Of a stretch of 64,000 nucleotides of DNA, positions 48,248 to 58,616 are shown piece after piece. The position numbers were made by a program, and so were the translations under genes. Under the pieces are notes generated by a model that was not told where the DNA came from, did no database searches, and saw only the letters and a list, made by a program, of their open reading frames with translations. How positions within the stretch are numbered: the first letter of the stretch is position 1; each line of letters starts with the position of its first letter. This DNA comes from Pseudomonadota bacterium. GTDB taxonomy: Bacteria > Desulfobacterota > Desulfobulbia > Desulfobulbales > JAGXFP01. The stretch spans positions 74,346-138,345 of the forward strand of contig JAHJAA010000045.1 of assembly GCA_018814305.1 (NCBI GenBank), written 5' to 3'.

Positions 48248-49543
48248 CTATCGAACCCAATCCACTGGACTCATGGTATCATTGCCTGAAGTTTCTGTTT
48301 CTAATTCAACAAAACGAATCTCAACCCTGCGATTAAATTGCCTGTTTTCATCAGAATCATTGGGAGTTAACGGTCGTTCGCTGCCCAAACCACGGATTAT
48401 CATTCTGCTTTTCGAAATTCCCTTATGGGCAAGATAATCAGCCACAGCCTGGGCGCGAAAGAGAGAGATTTTTCGATTATTTTCTTCATGACCTTTATCG
48501 TCGGTATGACCGTCAACTTCAATCCTGAAACTAGAATGGTTCTGAAGAAAATTCACCCATTTATCAAGTTCCGCATAGGATGGCTCATTGAGAACATGGC
48601 TGTTGGGAGGAAACATTATATCATTCAAGGTGGTCCCTTGACGGAACTTGGGTGATCCCGAGGCACCTTGAATTGACGCCTTGATCACCTCAGGGTCAGG
48701 CACCATATACATATAGAGATCAATATCAGCCAGCGATTCACCAACCCCTCCCGCTATAGTTCTGGCCTTGCTGTTATCGTGTTTGATAACCCCAGGAGGA
48801 GGACTACCCGCGCTGAAAATTGAAGGCGCAGCTAAACCGGTACTCGACATAATCCCGTACGTTCCAATATAACTCCCTGGTCGCGGCCTGGCGTCTGCAA
48901 TTGTCTCCCTGGCAACCAGGTAATATTTGATGTCGGCCGGCAACTCCAACTGGTAAGAGCCATCGTCCCCGGTTTTTCGTGAAATAAATTCAGGTTTGGG
49001 CATGTTGAGTTGCGATTTACCCAAAACCACTACCCCGGGAAAAGGTTCCCCATTTTCCTTTCTCACCGTCCCCTTGACTATAAAATGATCACTCATCCCA
49101 TCAAATGACTCAGGGGGGGCACCATCTATGGTTTCGACATTACTTTCCAATTGCGATGTAACGATAAAAGTTCGAAGCTTTCCCTCACCTGAAGTAGCAA
49201 AATAAAATTTTTCTCCCTCTCTAGGAGGTCCTGGAGAGGGCCCCGATGTCCTGAGCATAATCCCGATGTAGTATTCATCCGCCATGAGTTCTACATTAAA
49301 ATAACCGCCACTATCCGTCGAAGATAGAGTCTCTGGAACCCTTCGCATTCCCCCCTTAATCGGAGGCGGACCTTTCTTCGTTAAAAAAAATGAAACCAAC
49401 ACCTTGGATTGGGGCTTTCCATCAATAAATATTCGACCTTTCAAGCTTCCGAAATTACCGTGGTAGGCAAGAGGCTCCTTTGCTATTACAACTGAAGGGA
49501 TCAATATCAGCAACGTCAGCAGTATATGAATGGTATATCTCAT
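48248..49543 (-). CDS. secreted protein: two carboxypeptidase-regulatory-like domains plus a C-terminal OmpA peptidoglycan-binding domain
   Basis: Signal peptide MRYTIHILLTLLILIPSVVIA. LKGRIFIDGKPQSKVLV...SGGYFNVEL and VKGTVRKENGEPFPGVVV...DDGSYQLELP. OmpA_C: FPPNSHVL, VDGHTDDKG, LSLFRAQAV, NRRVEIRF. Confidence 0.8.
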   Translation of the reverse strand: MRYTIHILLTLLILIPSVVIAKEPLAYHGNFGSLKGRIFIDGKPQSKVLVSFFLTKKGPPPIKGGMRRVPETLSSTDSGGYFNVELMADEYYIGIMLRTSGPSPGPPREGEKFYFATSGEGKLRTFIVTSQLESNVETIDGAPPESFDGMSDHFIVKGTVRKENGEPFPGVVVLGKSQLNMPKPEFISRKTGDDGSYQLELPADIKYYLVARETIADARPRPGSYIGTYGIMSSTGLAAPSIFSAGSPPPGVIKHDNSKARTIAGGVGESLADIDLYMYMVPDPEVIKASIQGASGSPKFRQGTTLNDIMFPPNSHVLNEPSYAELDKWVNFLQNHSSFRIEVDGHTDDKGHEENNRKISLFRAQAVADYLAHKGISKSRMIIRGLGSERPLTPNDSDENRQFNRRVEIRFVELETETSGNDTMSPVDWVR

Positions 49544-49755
49544 TGAGGCAATCCAGCTTCCTTACAATTAGGTGGCAACAACACCATCTTTGAAGATCTA
49601 TTTACCACTCTACATTGTAACCACTTTATAGAAAATCTCATCAAAGAAACCTGCCCAAAAAACTGCTATGTCAGAAATATGCCGTCAAATAAATTTCCTC
49701 CGGCATCATAGAAAATGACCAAGAAATCCGCTCATACTACGATCCGAAATAATCG

Positions 49756-50916
49756 TCAGTGGCTGATGCGAGTTTGATCTGAGGCCAGGGCCAAAGCTAA
49801 TTGAGCTACCCGAGATGACGCCCCCCGTTCGCCAAGCATTCCGATGACCCAAGCAATTTCCTCTTTCATCTTAGAGGACTGTGCTTTATCGGAAAGGAGG
49901 GTAACAAGGGCCTCGCTCAAGGACTCAGGGGTGGCGGCATCCTGAATAAGTTCAGGCACGACCTGGCATCCGGCAACCAAATTCAAGAGTGAAATGTATT
50001 TTGATTGGGACAGTCGCTTGATGATGGCATAAGACAAGGGAGAAACTCGGTATGATACAACCATCGGAATCCCCAAAATCCCCAATTCCAAGGTCACAGT
50101 CCCGGAAGCGGCCATCACGACTTCACAAGCCGCCATCAAATCATAGCGATGTCCCTCCACGGGAATAACCGGAACGGTGCTTTGGGCAAGCCCGCTTTCA
50201 TTGAGCTCATCTAAAGTGATGGTCGAAGCGATGGGCAAAAGGAAGAGAGTTTCAGGAATACTTTTCTGGATCCGCTTGGCCGCCGCCAGAAACAGGGGTA
50301 GCATCGTTCGAATCTCCTTACGGCGACTCCCGGGGAGGAGCCCCACAATTCGTTGGCCACCACCTCGTATCCCCAACGAAGCCAGAAAATCTTCTGGATC
50401 CGTTTGTCGTTTAACCGTATCCAACAGAGGATGGCCGACAAATTCAACATCCATCCCTCGTTGTTTGTAGAACGCTTCTTCAAACGGTAAAATTACGGCC
50501 ATCTTATCAACAAGCCGGCTGATTTTTTTAACCCTGCCACTCCGCCAGGCCCAAACCTGTGGACTAATATAGTAAAAGACTGGAATGCCCAGAAGTTTCG
50601 CTTTTTTTGCCAACATTAAATTAAAATCTGGAAAATCAATGAGAATCAATAGAGCCGGCCGGTTTGACTCCAGACGTTTTGCTAAAACCCGCTGGGCTTT
50701 TCTAAGATCTCCAAGATGACTAAAAACTTCCGAAAGCCCAACCACCGCCAACCGAGAGGCATCAAACAGTATTTCCACCCCTTGGGTAGCCAGATCCTTT
50801 CCCCCCATGCCATAAACCCGAACCTGGGCCATTTTTTTCATTTCCCGAATCAGGTTAGCGCCATGCATGTCGCCGGAGGCTTCACCGGCTACAATCATTA
50901 TTTCAAGCTCATTCAA
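49756..50916 (-). CDS. lpxB: lipid-A-disaccharide synthase
   Basis: 386 aa. IVAGEASGDMHGANL, YISPQVWAWR, GTVTLE. Confidence 0.93.
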   Translation of the reverse strand: MNELEIMIVAGEASGDMHGANLIREMKKMAQVRVYGMGGKDLATQGVEILFDASRLAVVGLSEVFSHLGDLRKAQRVLAKRLESNRPALLILIDFPDFNLMLAKKAKLLGIPVFYYISPQVWAWRSGRVKKISRLVDKMAVILPFEEAFYKQRGMDVEFVGHPLLDTVKRQTDPEDFLASLGIRGGGQRIVGLLPGSRRKEIRTMLPLFLAAAKRIQKSIPETLFLLPIASTITLDELNESGLAQSTVPVIPVEGHRYDLMAACEVVMAASGTVTLELGILGIPMVVSYRVSPLSYAIIKRLSQSKYISLLNLVAGCQVVPELIQDAATPESLSEALVTLLSDKAQSSKMKEEIAWVIGMLGERGASSRVAQLALALASDQTRISH

Positions 50917-51902
50917 GGGTGATTTACCTCTGGGCCGAGTCCGAGTTGTTGGCTATGCTGCCTGGCATGATCTCGGATCTGCTGGATAATTTCCGACGCA
51001 ACCTGCAGGGCTCGTCGCCCTTCTCGACCGGAAACAATGGGGGTCAACCCGTTTCTGACATTATTTACAAAATCCTCAAGTTCAAGTTGGAGGGCATCTT
51101 TTTCCATAAAGCAGGAAGAAATGACCTCCTGCCGCGGCATATTATTCTCATCCATCTCCCCCAAAAGCCTGATTACGGTCAACTCCTTTTTCCCATAATC
51201 AACCGAAATAAATGAATTTGGCTGGAAGATTCTAAGTCGGCGAATATTTTCCTGGGAAATCCGGCTGACGGTAATATTGGCGGTACAACCATTCTCAAAG
51301 ATCAATCTGGCATTGGCTATATCAGTAGTATGGGTAACCACAGGCAAGCCAACAGTATGAATGGTCTGAATCGGTGATTTTACTATATTGAGGATAAGAT
51401 CAATATCATGAATCATCAGATCGAGAACTACATCAACATCAAGCGCCCTGTTTTTAAAAACATGGATCCGATGGGATTCGATAAAGAGGGGGGTGGTAAT
51501 AAACTGATCCAAAGCCATCACCGCAGGATTAAAGCGTTCCAAATGACCGACCTGTAGGATACTCCCATTCTGGTCGGCCAAACGGATCAATTCATCGGCC
51601 TCTTCAACGGTAGTCGTCATTGGCTTCTCAAGCATGACATGGGTCCCACTATTGAGACAGTCTCTGGCGACGTCAAAATGCAAACTAGTGGGAACGACTA
51701 CGCTGACGGCATCCGTTTCTCTGAGGAGTTGATGATAGTCGGGAAAAGCCATAACACCGTGTTCAGCGGCAACTTTTCGGGCTGTATCAGGGTTGGCATC
51801 GGTCACGCCAATAAAATCAACCCCGGGCATGGCAGCATATTTTTGGGCATGAAATTTCCCAAGATACCCGACCCCGATAACTCCGACTCTAACCTGTTGC
51901 AT
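50913..51902 (-). CDS. Gfo/Idh/MocA-family NAD(P)-dependent oxidoreductase (possibly GnnA-like, lipid A context)
   Basis: Rossmann motif VGVIGVGYLGKFH and the EKP motif (VMLEKPM). Overlaps the lpxB start by 4 nt. Confidence 0.8.
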   Translation of the reverse strand: MQQVRVGVIGVGYLGKFHAQKYAAMPGVDFIGVTDANPDTARKVAAEHGVMAFPDYHQLLRETDAVSVVVPTSLHFDVARDCLNSGTHVMLEKPMTTTVEEADELIRLADQNGSILQVGHLERFNPAVMALDQFITTPLFIESHRIHVFKNRALDVDVVLDLMIHDIDLILNIVKSPIQTIHTVGLPVVTHTTDIANARLIFENGCTANITVSRISQENIRRLRIFQPNSFISVDYGKKELTVIRLLGEMDENNMPRQEVISSCFMEKDALQLELEDFVNNVRNGLTPIVSGREGRRALQVASEIIQQIRDHARQHSQQLGLGPEVNHP

Positions 51903-52209
51903 GATACGTCCTATCCTTTAAATGTGATTCTGCTCGGAGATAACAACTTCGTCGACGCTCGTCTTCCGGCACCGCTGTGAAGGTACGCAATATCCCCTCT
52001 TCATACAAGATCTTTTTAAGCTCATTTCAGGATTCCCCCATCCAGACTCAAAAAGGTATTTACACTTACGGCTAAGCAAATCAGTTGTCACAATCATGAA
52101 TAAGTGACAATCTACTTGTCATTCAACGGTGTCATGCTAAAATCACCTCCAAGAATCTCGAAAGACTAAGCACCATACACGTAAATCATTAAGCTATCGG
52201 GGGTAATCC

Positions 52210-53763
52210 GTGGTGGAACGGAGTAACTGGAAATCGAACGTCGGATTTTTACTGGCATCCATCGGATCGGCAATCGGCCTGGGGAACGTCTGGCGATTCA
52301 GCTACATGGCCCATCAATACGGGGGCGGCGCCTTCCTTGTCCCCTATATTGTTGCCTTGTTCGTGGCTGGAATCCCTATCATGATTCTTGAATACGGCTT
52401 GGGACACAAGGAAAAGGGCTCTTCCCCCTTAAGTTTTGCCAAAGTAGATCCCCGGTTTGAATGGCTGGGATGGTGGATGCCTATTGTGGCCATGTTTGGT
52501 ATAATGCTGTATTATTCTGTAATTATCGGTTGGTGTATTAACTATCTGTTTTATTCATTCTCCTTAGGTTGGGGAGCCGATCCACAATCGTTCTTTTTCA
52601 AGGATTTTCTCCAGATTACCGACTCCGTCGCCATCTTGGGCGGAATCAGAATACCCATTCTGTTTTCCACCATGCTGGTCTGGATACTCTGCTGGCTGAT
52701 TTGCTTTCGGGACATCCGACATGGCATTGAAAAAGCCAGCCTCATCTTTATGCCCATCCTCTTTGCCCTGACCCTTGTTATTGTGATCTGGACCATTTTT
52801 CTTGAAGGAGCCCCGGACGCCATATTCAACCACTATCTCCATGCCGACTGGTCGAAAATCAATCTTTTTGCCACAGATCCACTGGCCAGGAGTGAGGCCG
52901 GCACCGTCTGGGCCGCAGCCTTCGGGCAGATATTTTTCACCCTGTCCCTGGGTTTTGGCATCATGATTACCTACGCCAGTTATCTTCCCAAGAAAACCGA
53001 CATTGGCAAAAACGCCTACATCACTTGCATAGTAAACTGCACCTACTCTCTGGTGGCTGGAATCGCCGTCTTCGGGATCGTCGGATTCATGGCAAGTAAT
53101 CAAGGCGTTCCCTTTGAAGAGGCCATCAAAGGGGGGCCCCAGTTGGCTTTTGTGGTTTATCCCAAGGCCATTTCACTCTTACCTCAATTTAATGTCCTTT
53201 TTGGCCTTCTCTTTTTTCTGATGCTGGTTATCGCAGGCCTAACCTCAGGTGTTTCATTAATTGAGGCCTTCACCTGCTCGATCACCGATAAGTTCGACTG
53301 GCCTCGCCAACAAGTTGCAACAGCCGTCTGCATCCTCGGTTTTCTGGGTAGTATCATTTTCACCACTCGGGGGGGGCTGTATATTCTGGATATTGCAGAT
53401 CACTTCATCACCAACTATGGGTTGGTAGCCGGTGGCCTGCTGGAGTGTATCCTGATCGGCTGGATACTGAAGGCTTCAGTAGTGAGGAACCATATCAACC
53501 GTTATGGGCTCGGTGTTGCAAAGGTTTGGGAATATTTCATTAAATTCAGCACCCCGGCAATTTTGATTTATCTTCTGTACTTATCTATTTCTAGCGATCT
53601 GGCCAAAAACTACAGCGACTACCCGACCGACCAGTTGATCCTCTATGGTATCGGTTGGATGCTTATTTGTCTCACCCTCGCCCTTATCCTTGCCTTCAGA
53701 CCGTGGAATCCCTCTAAATTAAAAAGACGCCACCGTCCAGAGGATGACGACCTTCTTGTTTAG
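52210..53763 (+). CDS. sodium-dependent transporter, SNF (neurotransmitter:sodium symporter) family
   Basis: GTG start. W-x-S-x-x-GF-x-LA-x-x-G-x-AIGLGNVWRF-x-Y signature, GGGAFL-x-PY, and about 12 TM helices. Confidence 0.9.
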   Translation: MVERSNWKSNVGFLLASIGSAIGLGNVWRFSYMAHQYGGGAFLVPYIVALFVAGIPIMILEYGLGHKEKGSSPLSFAKVDPRFEWLGWWMPIVAMFGIMLYYSVIIGWCINYLFYSFSLGWGADPQSFFFKDFLQITDSVAILGGIRIPILFSTMLVWILCWLICFRDIRHGIEKASLIFMPILFALTLVIVIWTIFLEGAPDAIFNHYLHADWSKINLFATDPLARSEAGTVWAAAFGQIFFTLSLGFGIMITYASYLPKKTDIGKNAYITCIVNCTYSLVAGIAVFGIVGFMASNQGVPFEEAIKGGPQLAFVVYPKAISLLPQFNVLFGLLFFLMLVIAGLTSGVSLIEAFTCSITDKFDWPRQQVATAVCILGFLGSIIFTTRGGLYILDIADHFITNYGLVAGGLLECILIGWILKASVVRNHINRYGLGVAKVWEYFIKFSTPAILIYLLYLSISSDLAKNYSDYPTDQLILYGIGWMLICLTLALILAFRPWNPSKLKRRHRPEDDDLLV

Positions 53764-53850
53764 GGGAAGACTTCCATCCTTGCGAAAATCCTACCTAAAG
53801 ATACCTCCACATTTTTTATCGGTGAGTCTTGTGATTTCGGCACTCCATAG

Positions 53851-56800
53851 ATGAAAAAAGCAATCATCATCATAGCGGGCCTTTCGCTGATTCTGCTAGG
53901 AGTTGTTTTTTTTGTTCCAAGCCTATTTCATTGGGATCGGATCCAATCCCAACTGGTCAAACGATTATCCACTGAAATCGGCTGGCAGGTAGAAGCCCAA
54001 CAGGTGGACTGGTACTGGTTGCCCCTTCCCCATTTTTCTCTCTTTGAAGTCACATTATCCCGAGAAAATGCCTCTATCACCCTCCCGGAAACCAGGCTCT
54101 ATCCACGGTTCAAATCTCTTCTCGACGCTCAACCTGATTTCGGCGAGATCCAAATGGTTCATCCGTCAGCGACCATCACGAACCTGACAGGATTACCCAA
54201 GAACGATGAAAAAATCCGCTTCCGAGGTAAAATTTCCATAATCAATGGCAAGCTTAATTTAGGAAAGAACATCTTAAAAAAGATAGGCATTCCAGGTTCG
54301 GATCTAGAGATAACCGGCATAGATGGCATGTTTGAGGTTGCACCTGGGTGGATAAATCTACTGTTATCAGCCAAATCCTCCCTGGCCGATGGAATTTTCA
54401 TGAAAGGATATTACGACCTTATCAACAATACCTATCAAGGGAAATACGAGCTTAATTCTTTTAAATTATACCAAGTCTTCCCATCTTTACTCGCTGGGGG
54501 CTTGGAACTTCCCAAGTCAGGCCTTTCCTTTTCAGGTCAGATCAAGGGCCAAGGGAATGATCAACTTGAAGCATCGATCAACGGAAACTTCCCCTGCTTC
54601 ACGACCCCATCAGTCCCCGAAAAGTTGTTTCTTGACTGCGGAGAGGCCCATCTCAGGGTTGAGAAAAACGCTGGTGAAATTACAGTGCACATTGACCAAC
54701 TCAACCTCAACAAACCAGGACTGATTCTGTCAGGTAAAGTGTCAAGATTACACGATTCATCGCCCAGTGATAGTATAGCGGAACCGGTCTGGCTTTTGGA
54801 TTTATATGGCAAAGATATTAACGCAGGTTCTCTGCGCACGTCACTTCTCACTCTATGGCCCAATGATGAAATCGTAAAAATAGTGAGTGATATTGTCCTC
54901 GATGGTCTGATTGGCAAGGCTTCTTATTACTTTAGAGGCCCGGTTGAAGATTTTATGTATCTCGAAAAAATGAAAATAACTGCAGATGTGGTGAGTGCGT
55001 CGATTCATCCGCCAATGACCCCGCTGTTTCTTAATAATGCATCTGGACCCATCGAGATTACAAACGGTTATCTGTCGGGTCGAAATCTTACTGCCCGATA
55101 CCAGGGAAGCAGTGGGAAAAACTGTTCGCTTTATCTCGACCTTCTCTCCCGAGACAATGCCTTTCGCCTCGATCTTGATTTAGAGGTAGATTTAACGAAC
55201 CTACCTCCTGTGTTGGATAATCTGGTCAACCATGACCTGTTCAAGAGTGAACTTCACCGCTTTACAAATGTTACCGGCCATGCATCTGGACATCTCACCC
55301 TGGGTGATACCTTAGATAACATTCTTGTCGGAGTTGATGTCAATCGCATGAAAGGTCATTTCAGCTATAACCGTCTGACCAATGACTGTTCGGTACAAAA
55401 GGGAGACCTCTCAATTCGACCGGAAAAAGTTAGCTGGAAAAACATTCAGGGCAGCTCAGGGCCGCACCTTATTCATGAAAGCAGCGGTGATGTTTCCTGG
55501 CAACAACAGGTTATGATTAATCTTACTTCCCTTTCCGCGTCCGTTGAGTCAGGCCCCCTTATGCAGGAACTCGCCACCTCAAAAGCCCTGCCGGATGAAA
55601 TCCACAAGGCCATCAGTCGCGCCGAAGGTCCTGTAGAAGTGAGCAATGTCAACCTTCAGGGACCCGCCGCTCAACCGCAGCTATGGCAATACTCCTTTGA
55701 TCTGGATAGCAAGGGGAGTCGCTGGGAAAGCCCCATGCTCCCTCAACCCATACTGGTTGAACGCGCCAGAGGGAAAATCACCCACGAGAATATCCTCCTC
55801 AAAGAAAGCAAACTCTGGTTTTTTGAGCACCCTCTCTCTCTTGAAGGGGATGTCTTGCATCATCTCTTCACCGATTTAAATGGGTGGCTTCGGATCAGTG
55901 GCACCCTGAAGGGCAAATTTGCTCAATGGCTTAAGGATAAAAAATCCATACCAGAGAAATATTTCCCCAGAATCCCCTGCACCTTGGATAAAATGAAAAT
56001 TGGTTGGAAAGGAAAGACATCGAGCCTGGAAGGCACTGTGCTTTCAGGACTTGGTGAGGCGGATAGTGTAAAGGCTCGCATAAATCTGGAGTCAAATCAA
56101 CAAAAACTGATGGTCCATGAGTTGGTATTTATTGCCAAAGAAGAAATCGGCAGACTGAGCCTGGAACACCCACAAGAGGACAATAGTATTCTCCATATGA
56201 ACTGGCAGGGATTCCTCTCAGGATCAACTTTGAACGAGCTCTTTCCCGTCTCCTTAGATCCATCCGGCCACCTTGAAGGTGATTTTTTTATCCAGGCGGA
56301 ACAACTCAATGGATCAAATTTTTTCCAGGGATGGCTGAAAGCTAGAAATATGAATATTCCATCGCTTGAGGAGAGACCTGAAATACGAATAGACTCCCTC
56401 ATCCTTTCTTCTGGAGAACAGGATGGAGAGTTGAATATTAAGAATTTAATACTGAAAGTGGCTGACGAACAGATGATGATAACCGGCTCTGTTCAGGCAG
56501 AAAAGGAGATTATCAAACTTGATCTTAACGTGACCTCGACCAAACTATCCCGCCAAAACGTTGATGAACTAATAAACGTTTTAAACACAATTCAACCAAA
56601 GCCCTCCCCCCCACCGACAGGTGAAAATTCATATTCTCCCCCAAATACCCCGTGGGCACTAATCGGCCGAATCGAATTCAATATCGATCAATATCTCTCG
56701 ACCCCCTCAAATATTCCTGACAAGGAGAACACCCCCCCTGAGCATACCGAATTTGGAACACGCTTTTCCGTCACACCTTTACGAGGATACATATCCCTTC

Positions 56801-57555
56801 TCAATGACCGGACGTACTCGGTTGATATCCGCTCATCAAATCTCTGCGGACTTGATCTTTCCGGTCAATGGCATTCCGTATCAAGCCTTGGGGACACCTC
56901 TTTCAACATTTACACTGACAGCAAAGCTCCTCCCCGATTCGAAAATGTCCTGACATGCCTGGGTATTGATCAACATATACTTGAAGGCGTGGTCCATCTC
57001 GATGCCAAAATTAAAGGCCAAGATAATCTCTGGAAGGAAGGAAACATAGCCCTCTATTCCGATCAAGGTCGGATCCGGCGCCTAAATGCCCTATCAAAAG
57101 TATTCCGGTTTATCAACCTCACTGATTTTTTTGCCAAGGGTGGTCTCCCAGATTTAGAAAAGGAGGGGTTTGGTTTTTCACGTTTGGATTTTCATGGACA
57201 CATAGCTGATAATCATTTAATCGTTGACGAAGGAATTATCTTCGGGGATGGTCTCAATCTTTTTCTTCAAGGCGACATAGGAATTGCAGACCGTACAGCC
57301 GATATGGTTCTGATGGTCGCCCCATTGAAAACCCTAGATGTGTTGGTGACAAGTGTGCCTCTGATAGGAAAAATCGTCGGAGGAAAAGATAAGACAGTTA
57401 TTTCTATTCCAGTAAGGATCACCGGCGACATTAGAGATCCGGTTATCGAAATCCTGCCTGCAGAGGAAATCGGCAAAGGAATACTTACCCTGATCGGTAA
57501 GACATTGCTGTTCCCCTTTATCATCGTCAATCCGGAAACGAATCAGTTCCAATAG
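53851..57555 (+). CDS. 1234-aa AsmA/YhdP-like envelope protein (N-terminal anchor, AsmA_2-like C-terminus)
   Basis: N-terminal TM helix (IIIIAGLSLILLGVVFFV). The body is long and looks beta-rich. The C-terminal block LNLFLQGDIGIADRTADMVLMVAPLKTLD...ISIPVRITGDIRDPVIEILP resembles the conserved end of YhdP/AsmA-like proteins. Confidence 0.55.
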   Translation: MKKAIIIIAGLSLILLGVVFFVPSLFHWDRIQSQLVKRLSTEIGWQVEAQQVDWYWLPLPHFSLFEVTLSRENASITLPETRLYPRFKSLLDAQPDFGEIQMVHPSATITNLTGLPKNDEKIRFRGKISIINGKLNLGKNILKKIGIPGSDLEITGIDGMFEVAPGWINLLLSAKSSLADGIFMKGYYDLINNTYQGKYELNSFKLYQVFPSLLAGGLELPKSGLSFSGQIKGQGNDQLEASINGNFPCFTTPSVPEKLFLDCGEAHLRVEKNAGEITVHIDQLNLNKPGLILSGKVSRLHDSSPSDSIAEPVWLLDLYGKDINAGSLRTSLLTLWPNDEIVKIVSDIVLDGLIGKASYYFRGPVEDFMYLEKMKITADVVSASIHPPMTPLFLNNASGPIEITNGYLSGRNLTARYQGSSGKNCSLYLDLLSRDNAFRLDLDLEVDLTNLPPVLDNLVNHDLFKSELHRFTNVTGHASGHLTLGDTLDNILVGVDVNRMKGHFSYNRLTNDCSVQKGDLSIRPEKVSWKNIQGSSGPHLIHESSGDVSWQQQVMINLTSLSASVESGPLMQELATSKALPDEIHKAISRAEGPVEVSNVNLQGPAAQPQLWQYSFDLDSKGSRWESPMLPQPILVERARGKITHENILLKESKLWFFEHPLSLEGDVLHHLFTDLNGWLRISGTLKGKFAQWLKDKKSIPEKYFPRIPCTLDKMKIGWKGKTSSLEGTVLSGLGEADSVKARINLESNQQKLMVHELVFIAKEEIGRLSLEHPQEDNSILHMNWQGFLSGSTLNELFPVSLDPSGHLEGDFFIQAEQLNGSNFFQGWLKARNMNIPSLEERPEIRIDSLILSSGEQDGELNIKNLILKVADEQMMITGSVQAEKEIIKLDLNVTSTKLSRQNVDELINVLNTIQPKPSPPPTGENSYSPPNTPWALIGRIEFNIDQYLSTPSNIPDKENTPPEHTEFGTRFSVTPLRGYISLLNDRTYSVDIRSSNLCGLDLSGQWHSVSSLGDTSFNIYTDSKAPPRFENVLTCLGIDQHILEGVVHLDAKIKGQDNLWKEGNIALYSDQGRIRRLNALSKVFRFINLTDFFAKGGLPDLEKEGFGFSRLDFHGHIADNHLIVDEGIIFGDGLNLFLQGDIGIADRTADMVLMVAPLKTLDVLVTSVPLIGKIVGGKDKTVISIPVRITGDIRDPVIEILPAEEIGKGILTLIGKTLLFPFIIVNPETNQFQ

Positions 57556-57587
57556 GACCTGATCATGGTTTCGTGCCAACAATGCCT

Positions 57588-57624
57588 AAAACGGAACAAA
57601 CGATTAATATATTTCTTCCGTTTT
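57588..57624 (+). terminator. weak hairpin/terminator candidate after the AsmA-like gene
   Basis: AAAACGGAA ... TTCCGTTTT forms a 9-bp stem, but the loop is 19 nt and the U-tract is short. Confidence 0.3.
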
Positions 57625-57698
57625 GGAGTGGTACGGTATATTGATGTTGTTAATTTTAATTTCCCCTAATCCCCTTCAACAATAATGAGCTAGAGACC

Positions 57699-58601
57699 AT
57701 GTTGGTTAAAGATATTCTGAACTCAAAAAGAACTTCATTCAGTTTTGAATTCTTCCCCCCGAAAACAGAGGAAAGCTGCAATAAACTATTTCATAATATA
57801 GCGCATCTTATGCCGCTCAAGCCATCCTATGTCAGTGTGACTTATGGCGCCGGAGGTTCGACCCGTGACCGGACCCATGAACTGGTGGTTCGCATCCAAA
57901 AAGAAACCGACCTTACAGTTGTCTCCCACTTGACCTGTGTAGGATCATCCCAAGGAGAAATAGAATCTGTTCTGGGAAAATACAAGGATTCTGGCGTTGA
58001 AAATATTCTGGCCTTACGTGGCGATATCCCCAAAGGAGAAAAAGAATGGCAGAATCCACCGGATGGGTTTAACAATGCGGCGGAATTGGTAAAATTTATC
58101 AAGAATAAATTCCCTGGAATGTGTATCGGAGTAGCCGGTTTCCCCGAAGGTCACCCTGAGACTCCTAATCGTTTGAAGGAAATTGAGTATCTTAAAGCAA
58201 AGGTCGATGCCGGAGCCGATTACATTGTATCCCAACTTTTTTTCGACAACCGTGATTTCTACGATTTTTGCGAACGATGTGAACTGGTTGGAATTAAGGT
58301 GCCTATCCTTGCTGGAATCATGCCTATTACATCCAGACACGGCATGATCCGAATGGCCGAACTCGCAGGAGGAGCTCGATTACCGGCGAGACTGCTCAGG
58401 GCTGTCGCTCGAGCGGAAGACGATACCTACGTGGAAAAAGTTGGGGTCCATTGGGCCACTGAACAGGTCCGTGATCTTCTGGACAACAACATAAGAGGAA
58501 TACATTTTTACACTCTTAATACCTCAGAAGCGACTTTGAAAATCTATGAATCACTCGGGGTAACCAGTTCAGAACAATTGATATCCGGCTCTCGCATCTA
58601 G
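57699..58601 (+). CDS. metF: 5,10-methylenetetrahydrofolate reductase
   Basis: 300 aa. FEFFPPKT, VSVTYGAGGSTR, and the TCVG block. Confidence 0.9.
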   Translation: MLVKDILNSKRTSFSFEFFPPKTEESCNKLFHNIAHLMPLKPSYVSVTYGAGGSTRDRTHELVVRIQKETDLTVVSHLTCVGSSQGEIESVLGKYKDSGVENILALRGDIPKGEKEWQNPPDGFNNAAELVKFIKNKFPGMCIGVAGFPEGHPETPNRLKEIEYLKAKVDAGADYIVSQLFFDNRDFYDFCERCELVGIKVPILAGIMPITSRHGMIRMAELAGGARLPARLLRAVARAEDDTYVEKVGVHWATEQVRDLLDNNIRGIHFYTLNTSEATLKIYESLGVTSSEQLISGSRI

Positions 58602-58616
58602 CTTAAGGTTGACGGC

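Noticed and set aside
52564-53103. 179-aa minus-strand ORF inside the SNF transporter gene
   Set aside because: It is antisense to a gene with a clear NSS-family signature, and its composition is Gly/Asp/Lys-rich low complexity.
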